A DNA stretch of 64,000 nucleotides from Octopus sinensis. Its lineage: Eukaryota. The stretch spans positions 108,748,001-108,812,000 of the forward strand of contig NC_042999.1 of NCBI RefSeq assembly GCF_006345805.1, read 5' to 3'. The translations under genes and the position numbers were made by a program. The notes beneath the pieces were generated by a model. It had not been told where the DNA came from, did no database searches, and saw nothing but the letters and a program-made list of their open reading frames with translations. Positions 1-12,612 of the stretch are shown in pieces. Each line of letters starts with the position of its first letter. The stretch's first letter is position 1.

Positions 1-1524
1 TTATTAAATAGTCTCAAATTCACCACAAATTTCTGCCTTTTATATTTGAGAAAAATGGAAAATGGATAAAAATGTTTCAGCCTTTACTACAGTGATATGT
101 GTTATTACAAAGTAAAATTGTTCATAATTATTTTGCTAAAATTTCTTTCTTATCTAATCAATATTATTAACTTTATTGCTGTTGGCCTATGGGTAAAACA
201 AGGGCAAAGTGATAAGTTGCTAAAGTATATTGAGCTTACTAACAATTATTGATTATTCTGAAGTTGTACAAATTGGCCCTCTAGCTTTTATAATGTTAAA
301 AAATTTTAGCTGGAAATTTTTGTATAAATAACTTAATAAAAGGCTGTGCCTTACAAATAATGTTACTTTTTGGAAGGTGTTTTATATTCTTAATCATAAG
401 TAGAACACTGAAAAAAATAGCTATTTTTCAGTCTCTTGAAAAAGCTTGGAAGGTAAACAAAAAAAATTTTGTACATCTTCCTTCTTTTTCACATTAAAAA
501 ATGTGAAAACATTTTTTAATAAAAGATAAAAAAGGCAACTCTTGAATAAGAAATCCACAGAAGAATCCATGTGTTAAATCTTAAACAGGAATAATGTCTA
601 TTGTTATATAATCAGTCCTAAAAAATAAAATAAACAAACACAGTAAAAGTAACCTAACATTTTTTCATTATTTTTAACTGTTTAATTTTGTACATGTCTG
701 TTGTACAAAGGAAAGTTTTCTGCTATTGTTCTTTTAGCTTACTTAATTCAGCTTATTGTTTGAAGACTGTTTATTGACTTTTGATTCTTAGAGAAGGCAC
801 AATAAGCTAAGTTTTTTTTCCCTTTCATTGTTGTTGTCTGTTGCTGTTCTTCATTTTTTTTTTATTGTTAATCTGGAAATTAGTGTTCAGGTGGAGAATA
901 AACTTAAATTACCTTAAACCACTACTTTTTTATTGATAACAGTTTAACTTGCAACAAGTCAGACAGAGGAAAATTTCAAGCTAGCTAATATTGCGTAAGA
1001 CAATATACTGGAGTAGCAAGTCTTGTTTTATTACACCCCTAACCAGAATTCTAGCTATTATTGACAATCCTGCTGCTATAGACTAATTGCCTAAATGAGT
1101 TTAATTGTAAAACATTTTCACATAAAGTAACATTGTGAGTTTGATATGATTTTGTATTCTGTGATTTATGTATATTTAAATTGACACCTTGAAGGGGAAA
1201 ACAGTGTGGCTGAAGAAAATTTAGATAAATTACATTTTTATGATTCATAGTCTGGCTATGTATCATTTTGTGTCACAAACTTTTTAGAAATTATGTAAGA
1301 AATTCAATTGAGACATTATGAATTCATACATTACTTGTCTAATATTATATGACTAGTTAGTAAGCTATGCCTATGATGTATTTCTGTCAGTTTAGTCTAT
1401 GACAACCAAAGTAGGGTTCTAGAATGCAAAATCAGAGCTTCTTGAGAATTTAATTTGTTATACATATAAATTAATGACAGGACTCCTTCCTTGACAGCAA
1501 GTTTAATCAAATGGTTTAAAAAAT

Positions 1525-1961
1525 GCACGGACATGGCTGTGCGATCAAGAATTTCACTTCCCAACCAAATGATTTTAGGTTCAGTCCTGCTGCACTGCAC
1601 TGCACTTGAAGTAAGTATCTTCTGTAGGCTCAGGTTAACCAAAACCTTGTGAGTGGGTTTAGTCAAAACGAACTGAACAGAAATCATCATACATATATGT
1701 GTGTAGGTGAGTGTAGATGTATATATGTATGTCTGTGTGTATATATGTGTGAGTGTTCATGTATCTTTGTCTTGTCATTGTGTACTAGGTGTAAATAAGT
1801 GTCACTGTTATTATACATGTAGTGTCAATAGTTTGCAATCCTCTGAAAACTTGTCTGATCATTATGTAGTACATATTTTAAGAAAACATTACATTTCTTG
1901 GTAACTGGTAAAGCATCTGGTTTTAGAAAAATCTGCTTATATGAATTTTGTCTAACCCATG
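1525..1961 (+). mobile_element. tRNA-headed SINE (family A head) with RTE-like 3' part, decayed
   Basis: The head CATGGCTGTGCGATCAAG...CCCAACC...GGTTCAGTCC has A/B-box-like motifs, followed by ...CTTGTGAGTGGGTTTAG..., an internal (TG)/(TA) tract and a terminal ...TCTAACCCATG. The same head recurs more than 8 times in the window. Confidence 0.75.
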
Positions 1962-2422
1962 TGTGTGTATGTATTATATACTTATAAATAATTTGTAATT
2001 CTTTGCACAGAGAAAAAGGTCAGAAAACAATGCAACTTACTGAAATCTCTTCTGAGCTTAAACCTCATCGCATGCACTAAAACTCACTGCCTACAGATTA
2101 AGTATATAGGGAGGGTTGGTCATGTCAGCATGCAATCTGACATGCATTGTAAACAAATATACGTTGATGAACTTACATGCAGAAACTAACGTGACTGCTT
2201 AAACAGAATTTGATTCTACTACAAAGTATAAATGCACTTGTGACAACATTCATGTTAAATCACTCGTATCTGTCCAAATTTCTCATTTATATATGTACAG
2301 ATTTGTTAGAAATGTTAAAAGAAATTATCCTATTTGCCATAGAGAAAGGTGACACAAAATCAAATGATGAGCACTAAAAACACACCATAAAAATTATGAG
2401 GCTGGTTTTAAGTTCTGTGTTA

Positions 2423-3188
2423 CTGTATATAACAATATTGGTTTAAGATCTTTCCATTGCTATCTACAAGGGGCTCCTGAAAAAATTCCTGGCTTTTTGT
2501 AAAAGAAAATACAGAAGGATCAGTTAATTATGATTTTATTCAACATATTCCTCTCTCTGATTCACACACTTATTGCAGTGGTCCTTCAGTTTTTCTTAGC
2601 CCTGTAAAAGAACTAAGAAGGTTGGGCCTCCAACCAAGCCTTTCATGATACCCTTAAAGCTGTGAACTTTTCAACATCCCCTTGTATATGTAACCAGTTC
2701 CATCCACATTTGTGTGGATCTGTAAAAACGAAATTACAGGAAAACATATTTCTACTGTCTGTAATCACTGGAGGTTGTTTATCACTTTTGTAAGTGTTAG
2801 ATGTTTTACTAAATAAGCCTTTTGAAATACATATAAAAAAGTTCTAGAACACATGGAAGTTATCTTAAAAGGAGGGAATTAAAAAAAGAGTAGGATGCTT
2901 TGAAATACTAAAGCCTAGAAATTGTTGTACAACAGGTAAATGAGGCACAGGAAAGTATTTTAAGTGAAACATTGACGAAATCTTTTAAAATGTATGGCAT
3001 ACTTAATACTATGGTTGGAATATGAGATCACTTACTTCACAAAGAGCAAGAAAAGGATTAAGAACCCAACTCAGCCTCTGGAGTTTACTTTGAGGATGAT
3101 AAAATTGCATGTATGTTTGAGAACAACAGTGGTGAGAGAATTTTTTAAAACTTAGAAGCTTTGATTGACTATAAATTGTCGACAACAG
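2423..3188 (+). mobile_element. pogo/Tigger-like (DDE_1) transposase relic, interrupted by a mariner MITE
   Basis: From 2686 it translates as ICNQFHPHLCGSVKTKLQENIFLLSVITGGCLSLL*VLDVLLNKPFEIHIKKF*NTW and, after a frameshift, EIVVQQVNEAQESILSETLTKSFKMYGILNTMVGI*DHLL. This matches the pogo pattern DSFRAH...VIPGG.TS.LQPLDV..NKPFK...W...AW..I....I.KSF..CGI. The outer ends (TACTGT at 2421, ACAGTA at 3185-3190) are only weakly inverted, so they are tentative. Confidence 0.8.
2467..2684 (-). mobile_element. 218-bp mariner-derived MITE, TA target-site duplication
   Basis: The TIRs are CAAGGGGCTCCTGAAAAAATTCCTGGCTT and, as reverse complement, CAAGGGGATGTTGAAAAGTTCACAGCTT. TA lies at 2465-2466 and 2685-2686. 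The minus strand keeps a mariner C-terminus, EKLKDHCNKCVNQREEYVE*. Confidence 0.85.
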
Positions 3189-3769
3189 TATCATAGACTC
3201 AGGAAACCTTTGTGTAGATATTATATGTATTTTTAATAAAGTTCTTCAAAATCAATTTATGAATGTTTATTCCATTCTAATGCAGTCTCATAAGTTTATA
3301 TACACACACCATTCTTGTGTTCGAAGCATATATACACAATTCTTTATTAGCTAGCTTTAAGCCATAATATCCATTACATGCTATATATATATATTACCAG
3401 TCAATCAGGAGCAACAGTTTAAATGCCATAGTGAGTCTATTTGTTCTGAGCAATGATATCATTGCTATGATATCAATGGTTTTGGAACTTTGCTAGATTA
3501 TAATCCAGGCACTGATTGTGATCATTTCAGCTAAATGTGATTATTGTTTAAATGCCTCTACAAGCAAAACTGGTAACAGTATTCACAAAGAGTAATATAC
3601 AAGGTATGAACAAGTCCAAAGGTTTAGGCTAAGATATTTTTAATTAAAATTTTAACAATGAATATTCATTGAAGCATTTAATTTTGTTTCCTTAACACAC
3701 ACAAACTCACATATGCATGTGCATGCACACACACACACACACTCCAACTTAAAAGCAATTGATGGATAA

Positions 3770-4075
3770 ATTGTATATGTGTGATTGAAATTTGATGTTT
3801 CATAGCAAAACCATGGATACTGCTTGCAAATGTGTGAAGGTTGGAAAGCTATGAAGTGAGCATATTTTGATTGCTGTGTAATGTAGTGATCTAAGTGATC
3901 TACGTAGCAGATAGAAACTAAAAGAAGACATATGAGGAAGTGATATAAACTGATTTAATGAGGCTGAGCCTTGCAAAAGAGCTGATAAAAGGCTGAAACA
4001 AATGGCAGATGCTCAGTTAGAAAAGATCCATCAAACCCATGCTAGCATGGAAAAGTTGGTATTACTATCATCATT
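3770..4075 (+). mobile_element. RTE-clade LINE 3' end (ORF2 C-terminus plus tail)
   Basis: Frameshifted KTYEEVI*TDLMRLSLAKELIK...LEKIHQTHASMEK resembles RTE C-termini (RGRP.KTW.EVV..DL..LGL). It ends in ACCCATGCTAGCATGGAAAAG, the tail shared with many short repeats here. Confidence 0.6.
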
Positions 4076-5628
4076 GTCAACATTATAAAAAAGATAATTG
4101 TGTGTGGTGGTGGTGGTAAGCAGTTCTCTTAGAGAGTTTAATGTCATGCGAAAGTTCATGCAATCAAACAACAGTTACATGTAATACTGTTAAGGCAAAG
4201 AAATTTCTCATTTCATGAGTAAAAATCCAAAGTGATATTCAAGAGAAATATTTTGTATATTTATGCTACTCCATACCTATAATAATACCATCATTATCAC
4301 ATTATTTTAAATGGTTTCATGTCAGAAGTTATGTTTCCTGATTCCTTACATGTGCATTTATGTATACATTCGTGTGCATGTAAATGCTTACATCTGAATC
4401 CATGCATTATAGTTCACTATAGTTCAAGCTAGAATGTGATTACTATGAAACCTTTTTTTTTTCTTGAAACCCTTCAGCAAATATTGCCGAAAGATAGATT
4501 TCTACTATCTAGGTTTATTAAAATTTGGTTCTTGTTTTAAGCATTCAGGAAACATAAGTTTCTGAGCACCCAGCAACTGCTTTTTGCAAAAATTAATTAA
4601 AACTAATTGCCCAAATCACTGCTTACACATATGTGTGCATGTTAAGGAAGCAAGATTAAATGCTAGAATAAGTTCTTATTATTAGAATTTTGGCTAAAAT
4701 TTAAGTTAATCATTATGTTGCTTATGTAACTATCAATAAAATACTTTGTGCAGGGCTATGATTTTTTTTTTCTTCTCTATATGTAGGGGGAAAGAAAAGA
4801 AATGTATCTAGGAACACATCTCTATCTATCAGCATCTGAATCAATAACTTAAATAACAAAATAAGAAAAATGATTTCTTAAACTTTTGGTATTTGTTTCA
4901 TGAATCTGTTTTTGGAGTTAATTGAGTCGATCCAAAAGATCACAATATGCTATTGATTGCACTTTGAATCAGTTAGATTTTCGTTTGGTTGGGAATATTC
5001 TTTATCATCTTTCAATCTCATTGAATTAGATTTACCAGTCACCTGATAGATGTACTGCTTTGTTGCAAGAAAGTAATTCTTTACATATTCATCAGTATAT
5101 AGGTTACTAAAGATGGAAAAGGTTGCTGAGAATATTGACAATTAGTTCTTTCATGATCTATCTTTTCATTTGAATGAATATCACTCAGGTACTTTTTTTT
5201 CTCCTATATTTAGTACCTGGATTAAAATCAGGTAGCCATGTTAGTTTTAAATTGTGCAAACACGCAAACATGTAGTAGTGTGTACACTAAATCTTGATAT
5301 TTCTTTCTTCTGTTGATCAGCTGGACAAACTTCGATCTTCAATACTAAATGTTTTAAATAGCGTTTTTCTTTTTTTTTTGTGCTAAAACATTGTCCTAAC
5401 TGAAATCAAAATGGTGGAGATGGAAACAAAAAGGAATAAAATGAATAACTCTACTCAATTTTAATAGATCAGGGAGTAAAAACAAATGAACAGTTATTTT
5501 CAGCGGATTATATCTTCATCATCATCATATGTCCACTTGCAATGCAAACATGGATCAGACGAGACATCACGGTTTGAGACAATTCTTATTCAGAGTTACT
5601 GCACTTCTTGATGGATTGAAGGACTATA

Positions 5629-6165
5629 CCATCATCCTCATCATCATTTAATTTCTGTTGTCCATGCTGGCATGGGTTGGACAGTTTGACTGGGCTGGCA
5701 TGCTAGAAGGCTGCACCGAGCTCCAGTCTGATTTGGCATGGTTTTTCTATGGCTGGATGCCCTTCCTAATTCCAACCACTCCAAGAGTGTAATGGGTGCT
5801 TTTATGTTCCACAGGCATGGGTGCCATTTGCGTGACACCGGTATCTGCTATGACTGTGATTTTACTCAGCTTGATGGGTCTTCTTCTCAAGCACAACATA
5901 ATGCCAAAGGTTTTGGTCATTGTCTCCATGTGGCCTAACACTTGAAAGGAACTTGGCTACTTTGCCACCATGAGGAACTCAAAAAGAACTCAGCCACCTT
6001 GCCTCCATGAGGCCCAAAGCTCAAAAGGAACTCAGTCACTTTGCCTCCATCTGGCCCAACATCCAAAGGTTGATTTTTTTTTACTTCGCTTGATGGATCC
6101 TCTTAAGCAGAGTACATCACCAAAGGTCTCAGTCTCTAGTCATTGCCTCTGTGAGGTTCAAAGTT
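5629..6165 (-). mobile_element. 5'-truncated RTE-type element (3' UTR plus repeated ORF2 C-terminal modules)
   Basis: It starts with a (CAT)n tail, then TCCATGCTGGCATGGGTTGGAC...CTGGATGCCCTTCCTAATTCCAACCACTCC. About 40-bp GCCTCCATGAGGCCCAA units are repeated inside. It is near-identical in structure to the copies at 8064, 10490 and 34853. Confidence 0.85.
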
Positions 6166-7267
6166 TTATATATATGTACTTGAAGGGGATATATGTATTT
6201 TGAGTTTCCAAGCTGTTTCATCAGGAGGACAAAATATTATAATCACTCCATCCTAAACTCATAGAATGTAACATCCTATACTCTTAACCTTTGAAAGATA
6301 ATATAAAACACTCTACTTTAAATACTCTCTGAGCATGATTTATATATATAGACACACACACACATATATATATATAATCATCTTCATTTAACATCTGTTT
6401 TCCATTCATATAATGAGAAGAAAACCTTTCTGAATTTCATATTGTAAATGGTTCTATTAATAATTCATATTTTGAAAGGTTCTTTTATGAACATCTAATT
6501 TTATCGTCTTATTACAAATCAACCTCATTCAAATCAGAATATTTTGTTTTCAGTGGTTTTTCTTATTAGCAGATAATATCTCAGAGAATATTGTTGCTGA
6601 TTCATTTTAGAACTACAGACAGTAAAGAAACTTTTTCTTTATCCTCTGTCTCAGAATTCTTACCCAATAGATACTTCACCTACTAAGTAACATTTTCTCA
6701 GCATTACAATAGAAGTATTCCAAAATTTCAGTAGTTTAATGAATTCTAGAATTGAATTATGTTCCTCTCACATCACTGATTGTTGCAGTGACCTCTGCAA
6801 TGACACGGCCAGGTAAACTGTCACAAGAGACATTGATTTCTTTATCAGTCTGTGCAGCCATATAGCTTAGCATTGCAGTTTTTAGTTTTGGTGCATTGTT
6901 ATTCCGCTAATATTTGGTTCTGATTTTGAAGTTTGGATATAACATACAATCATATACTATTTCATACCTGTTGTTGTCTTCCATCTTTGTCAAAACCAAG
7001 TAATTAAAAATGAGATATTTTATTGCCTCTTCTTTAATAGATATTTTCATATCTACTATACATAATAGCAATTGCACATTCTGAATTATCATTGACCTTT
7101 TCCATTCTTATTTTCTTTTTGAAGTTTTAGTTGTCAGGAATTGGTCCAGAACTGCTACACATAAGCTTTATTATTATTATTATTGTTATTATTATTATTA
7201 TTCTTTTTTTTTAAAGTTAGGACAACTATGACAAACATATTACTGTGGCATACTACCATATTTTTTA

Positions 7268-7625
7268 TCTTTTACTTGTTTTGGTCATTTGACTGTGGCC
7301 ATGCTGGGGCACCACTTTGAAGGGCTTTTTTTGTTTTACTTGAACAAATTGACCCCAGGACTTTTTGTTTTATATATTCTATCAGTCTGTTTTACCAAAC
7401 CACTAAGTTACAGGAACGTAAACATACAATCACCACAGTGATGGGGAACAAACAAAGACACACACACATACACAACAGCCTTCTTTCAGTTTCTGTCTAT
7501 CAAATCCACTCACAAGGCTTTGATCAGCCAGAGGCTATAGTAGAAGACACTTGCACAAGATGTCATGCAATAGGACTGAACCTAGAACCATGTAGTTGGA
7601 ACACAAGCCTTTTTATTACACAGTT
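7268..7625 (-). mobile_element. Full-length tRNA-headed SINE, family A (head plus GACTGAAACAAGTAAAAG tail)
   Basis: It runs CTTTTACTTGTTTTGGTCATTTGACTGTGGCCATGCTGGGGCACC...AGAAGACACTTG...GGACTGAACCTAGAACCATG and is collinear with 47123-47512. Confidence 0.85.
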
Positions 7626-8063
7626 AAGCTTGAACTTATAATGTCAGTGCCCCCAGGTGATATGACTAAAGTAATTTATTATAAAGAATCTGTCAACATA
7701 AACATACTTTATGAGGATTTCAATATGCAGGTATTTGTTATAAAAATCTATGCAGAATATTTTGGTTGTTAGTGGTTATTTTTGTGTAACATAGATGAAA
7801 AACTTAATGCACTGGTTCAACAACAGAATGAGAGATTGATGGTGCAAGTGGCAATGTTTTTGGTAGACTCTGCACTGGATTTAGTCTAGCTAAAGTGAAA
7901 TGGCAGGAGTGGTACATAATACAGAATCCTATTTCTGTAACAGTGAAAAAATCCAAACTATGAGTCACCTGCTGGTTTGCCTATTATTTGAGTTTTTCTA
8001 TTTCAAATAGTAACACAAAGAATTTGCAAGATTACATAAAAAAGGCAGAAAGATTTGATATTA

Positions 8064-8440
8064 ATCATCATCATCATCATTAAATGTCCATTTTCCATGC
8101 TAGTGTGGGTGGATGGTTTGACAGAAGCTGGCCCACTGAAGAGCCACCCAGGCTCCATGTCTATTTTAGAAAAGTTTCTATGGCTGGATGCCCTTCTTAA
8201 TGCCAACCCCTTTATAGAGTCTACTGGATGCTTTTACATGACACCAGCACAGGAGCTTTTTTACATGGCACCAGTACCCACAAACCCGGAAGATTAGGAA
8301 TGCTCAGCTGAAGAGGAATGCAGGGGACATGCTTGTATGCAAGGACAATCATGTATTTACTTGACATATCTTCTCAAGCACAGCAAACCACCAGAAGTCT
8401 TGGTCCCCTGTCATCCCTTCTGTGAGGCCCAACATCTAAA
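8064..8440 (-). mobile_element. RTE-type 3'-end repeat
   Basis: (CAT)n tail followed by TTTCCATGCTAGTGTGGGTGGATGGTTTGAC...CTGGATGCCCTTCTTAATGCCAACC...GTGAGGCCCAAC. Confidence 0.8.
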
Positions 8441-8469
8441 GATTTTTCTTGTGATAATAATACTCTTTG

Positions 8470-8960
8470 ATTTTGGTACAAAGCAGTTTTGAGGTGAGGG
8501 GATAAGCCAATATCATCAACCTCAGTACTTGTCTGGTATTTCATCAACCCAAAAGGATAACAGGCAAGCTTACCATAGCAGAATTTGATCTCAGAATTTA
8601 AAGAGCAAAAACAAATACTGCAGAGTGTTTTTTTTTTTTTTTTTTTTTTTTTTGATGCACTAAAAATTCTGCCACTCACTACCTTTGAAATGTTGAATAA
8701 TAATAATAATAATTATTATTATTTTTATTATTATCATTGTCATTATCATTATTATTATTATTATGGTTTTTGATTTAGACACGTCAGGGTTTTTGAGAGC
8801 AAGGGTTTAGTTGATACCATCGACCCCCATCCTTGATTAGAACTTTATTTTATTGACCTCCAAAAGGTTGGAAAGTAAAGTCATCCACATTGGGATTTGA
8901 ACCCAAGATGTAAAGAGCTGGAACAAACACCACAATGCATTTTGTCCAATTCTTGCAATT
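8470..8960 (-). mobile_element. Two decayed family C SINEs separated by poly(T) and (AAT)/(TAT)n
   Basis: 8470-8620 and 8765-8960 are reverse complements of the family C body (TTCTGAGTTCAAAT...GCCTTTCATCC...AAGTACCAG) seen on the plus strand at 22545 and 28695. Confidence 0.7.
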
Positions 8961-9999
8961 CACTCATTGAAATAATAACTACCGGTTGAAGCAAAGTAAA
9001 AATATCTTCTAGAGCAGATAGTTGACAAGAAGTGAGCACCATTACATTTATGTTTATTTTATATCTATACATTTAAACATTTTTACACACCCCATTTCTA
9101 TCTTTATTTGTATTTATATTGCATCATATATTCTATGTTTGCTTCAAATTTAGTTTTATTTTATTTTACCATTTATATTATCTTTTATTCCGTAACATCT
9201 CTGAAGGAGAGAAGGGGAAAACAAAAACTTATTACCAGTTTAGGAAATCTAAGTATGTGGAAAGAAAAATCAGAAACCATGTTAAATCTTTAAACGAGTC
9301 TTTTAGGAATAAAAATATATATATAAATTAAAGAAAAGATATGACATTTAATGTGAAACATCGAAGCTTATGAAGCCACAAAATGCAGTGGATTAAACCA
9401 AGAATATCTCTGCATGTTAAAAGAAAAAAAAAAAATAGAAACAGGATTACAGTTCATCAGAAAATAATCAAACAGGATTATGATAGACTCTGCCAAGCAC
9501 TGAAGAAAACAAAAACTTTCATCAAAGATGGGATGTTGATTAGATGAAATCTAGGAATTGATTTTAGTTTTAATGCTTGTCTCAGCAGAATTTAATGTAT
9601 GGGGAAAATTTTTTCAAGTCTATTTAAAAACTTCCCTGCACTAGGAACACTCAAACTCTCGTTCCACTGCAAAGTCTGCTATGGCTCTAATCATTAATTT
9701 TGATAAGATTTTATAATATTGATCTTCTTTGCCATTATGTTCAAGTATTTTTCTTTTAAATATTCAAATATTAACTATTTACTCTCATAATGAAGGTAGT
9801 GGCAAGTAGCATCAGTATGGCATTAATTACATATATAAATAATAATTTTTTTCTAAATTTATTATTTAGGGAAAATATTCATACATACAATTTTGTCTGT
9901 TTGTAGATGTATGCATATAAATCTCATATTATCTGTGTAAATTCACAATTTATATTAAACCCACAAAAATACCCATGCCCTCTCTCTTTTTCTCTTTCT

Positions 10000-10445
10000 C
10001 TCTCTGTCTCACACACATTTCTACAAACCTCATCCTCATGGTCGCACATTTGCAACATACAAAATCATTTCTGATCCTTCCAAAGTAAGGTGTCTAACTG
10101 TGACAATATTCTACCTTTATCCTCACATAGTGTATTCTGGAATATGCTTCTGTCTTTACTAAATTCTTATATTTTCTTTCTTCTACAATGTATATACTAG
10201 TCTATGAGAATTTGCCACAGTGTATCCCATTCTCAAGCAGGCAACCTCTCTCATTCTTGCTAACTTACTGCCCTATTGTTCTTGCAATCAACATAATGAA
10301 TGTGATGGAAGCCCTCATTAACAACTGCCTCCATTATCAATTTTTATTATCCTTGTCACTAACCACAATAGCTCAGAGTACAGTAATATCTCATACATTC
10401 TCTCACTGTACTTTAACTATCTTATAGTTAATTCTAATCATTCAT
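10000..10445 (+). mobile_element. CR1/Jockey-group LINE relic, RT N-terminal part
   Basis: ATVYPILKQ...PIVLAINIMNVMEALINNCLHYQF resembles the A.V.PI.K...NYRPI.LLS..SKVME.LIN motif of CR1/Jockey-type RTs. Confidence 0.5.
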
Positions 10446-10489
10446 ACTCACTTGTAATGCCATCCCTCACTAATCTTTAATACACATGT

Positions 10490-10948
10490 ATCATCCATAT
10501 CATTATTTAATGTCTGTTGTTCATGTTGGCATGGGTTGGATGGTTTGACCAGGGCTGGCAAGCTGGAAGGCTGCATCAAGCTCCAGTCTGATTTGGCATG
10601 GTTTCTATGGCTGGAGGCCCTTCCTAATGGCAACCACTCCAAGAGTGTAATGGGTGCTTTTGCATGACACCAGTATCTTCCATGATTACAATTTTATTTG
10701 GCTTGATGGGTCTTCTTCTCAAGCACAGTATAATCCCAAAGGTCTGTCATTCGTCATTGCCTCCATGAGGCCCAATACTCCAAAGGTGCTTTTCGTGTAC
10801 CACTAGCATCAGCGACTATGCCTCTGTGAGGCCCAACACTCGAAAGATGCTTTTTACATGCCACCAGCATGAGTGCCAGTTATGTGACACCAGCATTGGC
10901 TACAACTACGATTTCACTTGGCTTGACAAGTCTTCTCAAACATAGCAT
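10490..10948 (-). mobile_element. RTE-type 3'-end repeat inserted into the CR1-like relic
   Basis: CATCATTATTTAATGTCTGTTGTTCATGTTGGCATGGGTTGGATGGTTTGACCAGGGCTGGCAAGCTGGAAGGCTGCATC... is collinear with 5629-6165. Confidence 0.85.
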
Positions 10949-10949
10949 C

Positions 10950-11690
10950 AATCAGATATATCATATTCAATAGAGATCTAATAATCTTGTTTCCTTCACC
11001 AGTACCAAAGTGCAATCAGTATATATATCAAGGACACAATCTCATAATATTATTCTCTCCCTACTCTACAAAGCTCAACTGACCCCACTTTGAAGTTAAT
11101 CATCATTATTGAACTACAACTTGCATTGTGTTGGGTACATTTACAGCCATGCCATCCATATACCTATCATTTGTTTCCTAAGTTCATCAACCATTGTGGC
11201 ATCACTTTCCTCCAACAGTGTTTTCACCGTCATTTAACAATACTGTGTATATAGCTGGTATGATGCAGTTAAAACACATGCAAACATCTTCGTGTGATGA
11301 CTAAAAACTAAAGAAAAGTCATCCATCAGACAAAGAATCACTGACCAACACTCACAACTGCAAATCCATATTTTTTCTCCCAGCTTATAACAGCACTACA
11401 GTGGCTTCTGCTCCTCTGTACAAGATGTGATATACCATCACCACTGTCACTACCACCCAAGCCCATCCATTGCTCATACATCTCTTCCTATCACCCCTGT
11501 TGTAGCTAACCCTGTCTGTAAATCCTATCTCCTTAGAACTCCTTCCCTGTCCTGTATTTGTACAGGCATCAACCCACAGAAGTTCAAGCTGAACTTTAAT
11601 TGTTTCAACTTCAATAATCTGAGCAGGCTGGTCTATAAAGGTCATTGGTGTCACTCTTTCTTCTCCAACAAAATAACGTAAAAAGTAAAA
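10950..11690 (+). mobile_element. CR1/Jockey-group LINE relic, RT C-terminal part
   Basis: NNLVSFTSTKVQSVY at about 10980 resembles N.V.FN.SKTQ. The later fragments (YFFSQLITALQ; HSFFSNKIT) weakly follow the CR1 C-terminal order. It is heavily decayed. Confidence 0.4.
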
Positions 11691-12364
11691 TATATTTTGA
11701 TAAATATTTATCCAGCACACTGGTTCAGTTAGTCAGTTACTTGACTTTCCATGATTGACTCATTTGACATGCAGTGGTGGGTGCACTGGTAATTTTAAGT
11801 GTAAGTGAAATAGCTATTAACTAGAATCAATTTTCACTGATGCACATATATACATATGAGGCATATTGATCTCCTTTTGTTTCATTTTGAAACTGCTCTG
11901 TGTGTTGCCATGATTTCTATAATCATAATTGTGTACTCAACAAATGAATGATATTCATTTTTTTTTATTGTTTTTTTTCTTTTTAGTATGGTCATACTAA
12001 ACTTATCTTGTTTGTTAAAAATAATGATGTGAAATTTACTCACCAAGTATTAGTGATAAGTTTTTGTTAACTCAGTTTCATTTTCTTTTTGAGGACATTT
12101 ATTAGCACACAAAGATTTTATATAGTCTCTGTCTCTGTTTAAACCCTTACGCATGAACAATACTCTTATTTTCTTTTGTGTGACTCGTTTAAATATAGGT
12201 ACTATTGTTCCTTTGTATTTCAGGAGCTGACCTTATTCAAAGTCTTTATCCATACAACCTTGCAAATCATGCATATGTATTTTTGAATTGATTTTGTTAC
12301 CCACTTCGCACTACAATGAAAAAAGGGATACGTTAAAGTTTTTAGGAAATTAATTCAGTCTAGA

Positions 12365-12560
12365 CTGTATTGTTGTTGTTTAACTCCAAGTCAGCTGTGC
12401 TCAAGCAAGCCTATGATCAATGCTATGACTGTCCCATATCTTTTTTTCTTTTTTGACACAATATATCCATCCAATGTGTCTTTTCTTTTTTAAGATGGTG
12501 TGGTTTGAGATAAATTTGACTGTCTAGCAGATTTTGCAACAACATAGAGGCTCACCCATT
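12365..12560 (-). mobile_element. Family E short interspersed repeat, (CAA)n-tailed
   Basis: TTGTTGTTGTTTAACTCCAAGTCAGC...CCTATGATCAA...TCCAATGTGTC...AAGATGGTGTGG...CTAGCAG. Related copies lie at 17030-17175, 39815-40030, 48560-48800, 52240-52440 and 55140-55340. Confidence 0.65.
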
Positions 12561-12576
12561 ACTTCCCAATTCTTGA

Positions 12577-12612
<36 letters not shown>

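Noticed and set aside
432-452. 21-nt AG/GT-bounded segment (SLEKAWK)
   Set aside because: The pyrimidine tract is short and the donor (GTAAAC) is moderate. Such matches are expected by chance in 64 kb of AT-rich DNA.
1397-1690. 97-aa minus-strand ORF that looks globular
   Set aside because: About half of it is the antisense of a family A SINE head, and it has no splice or codon support.
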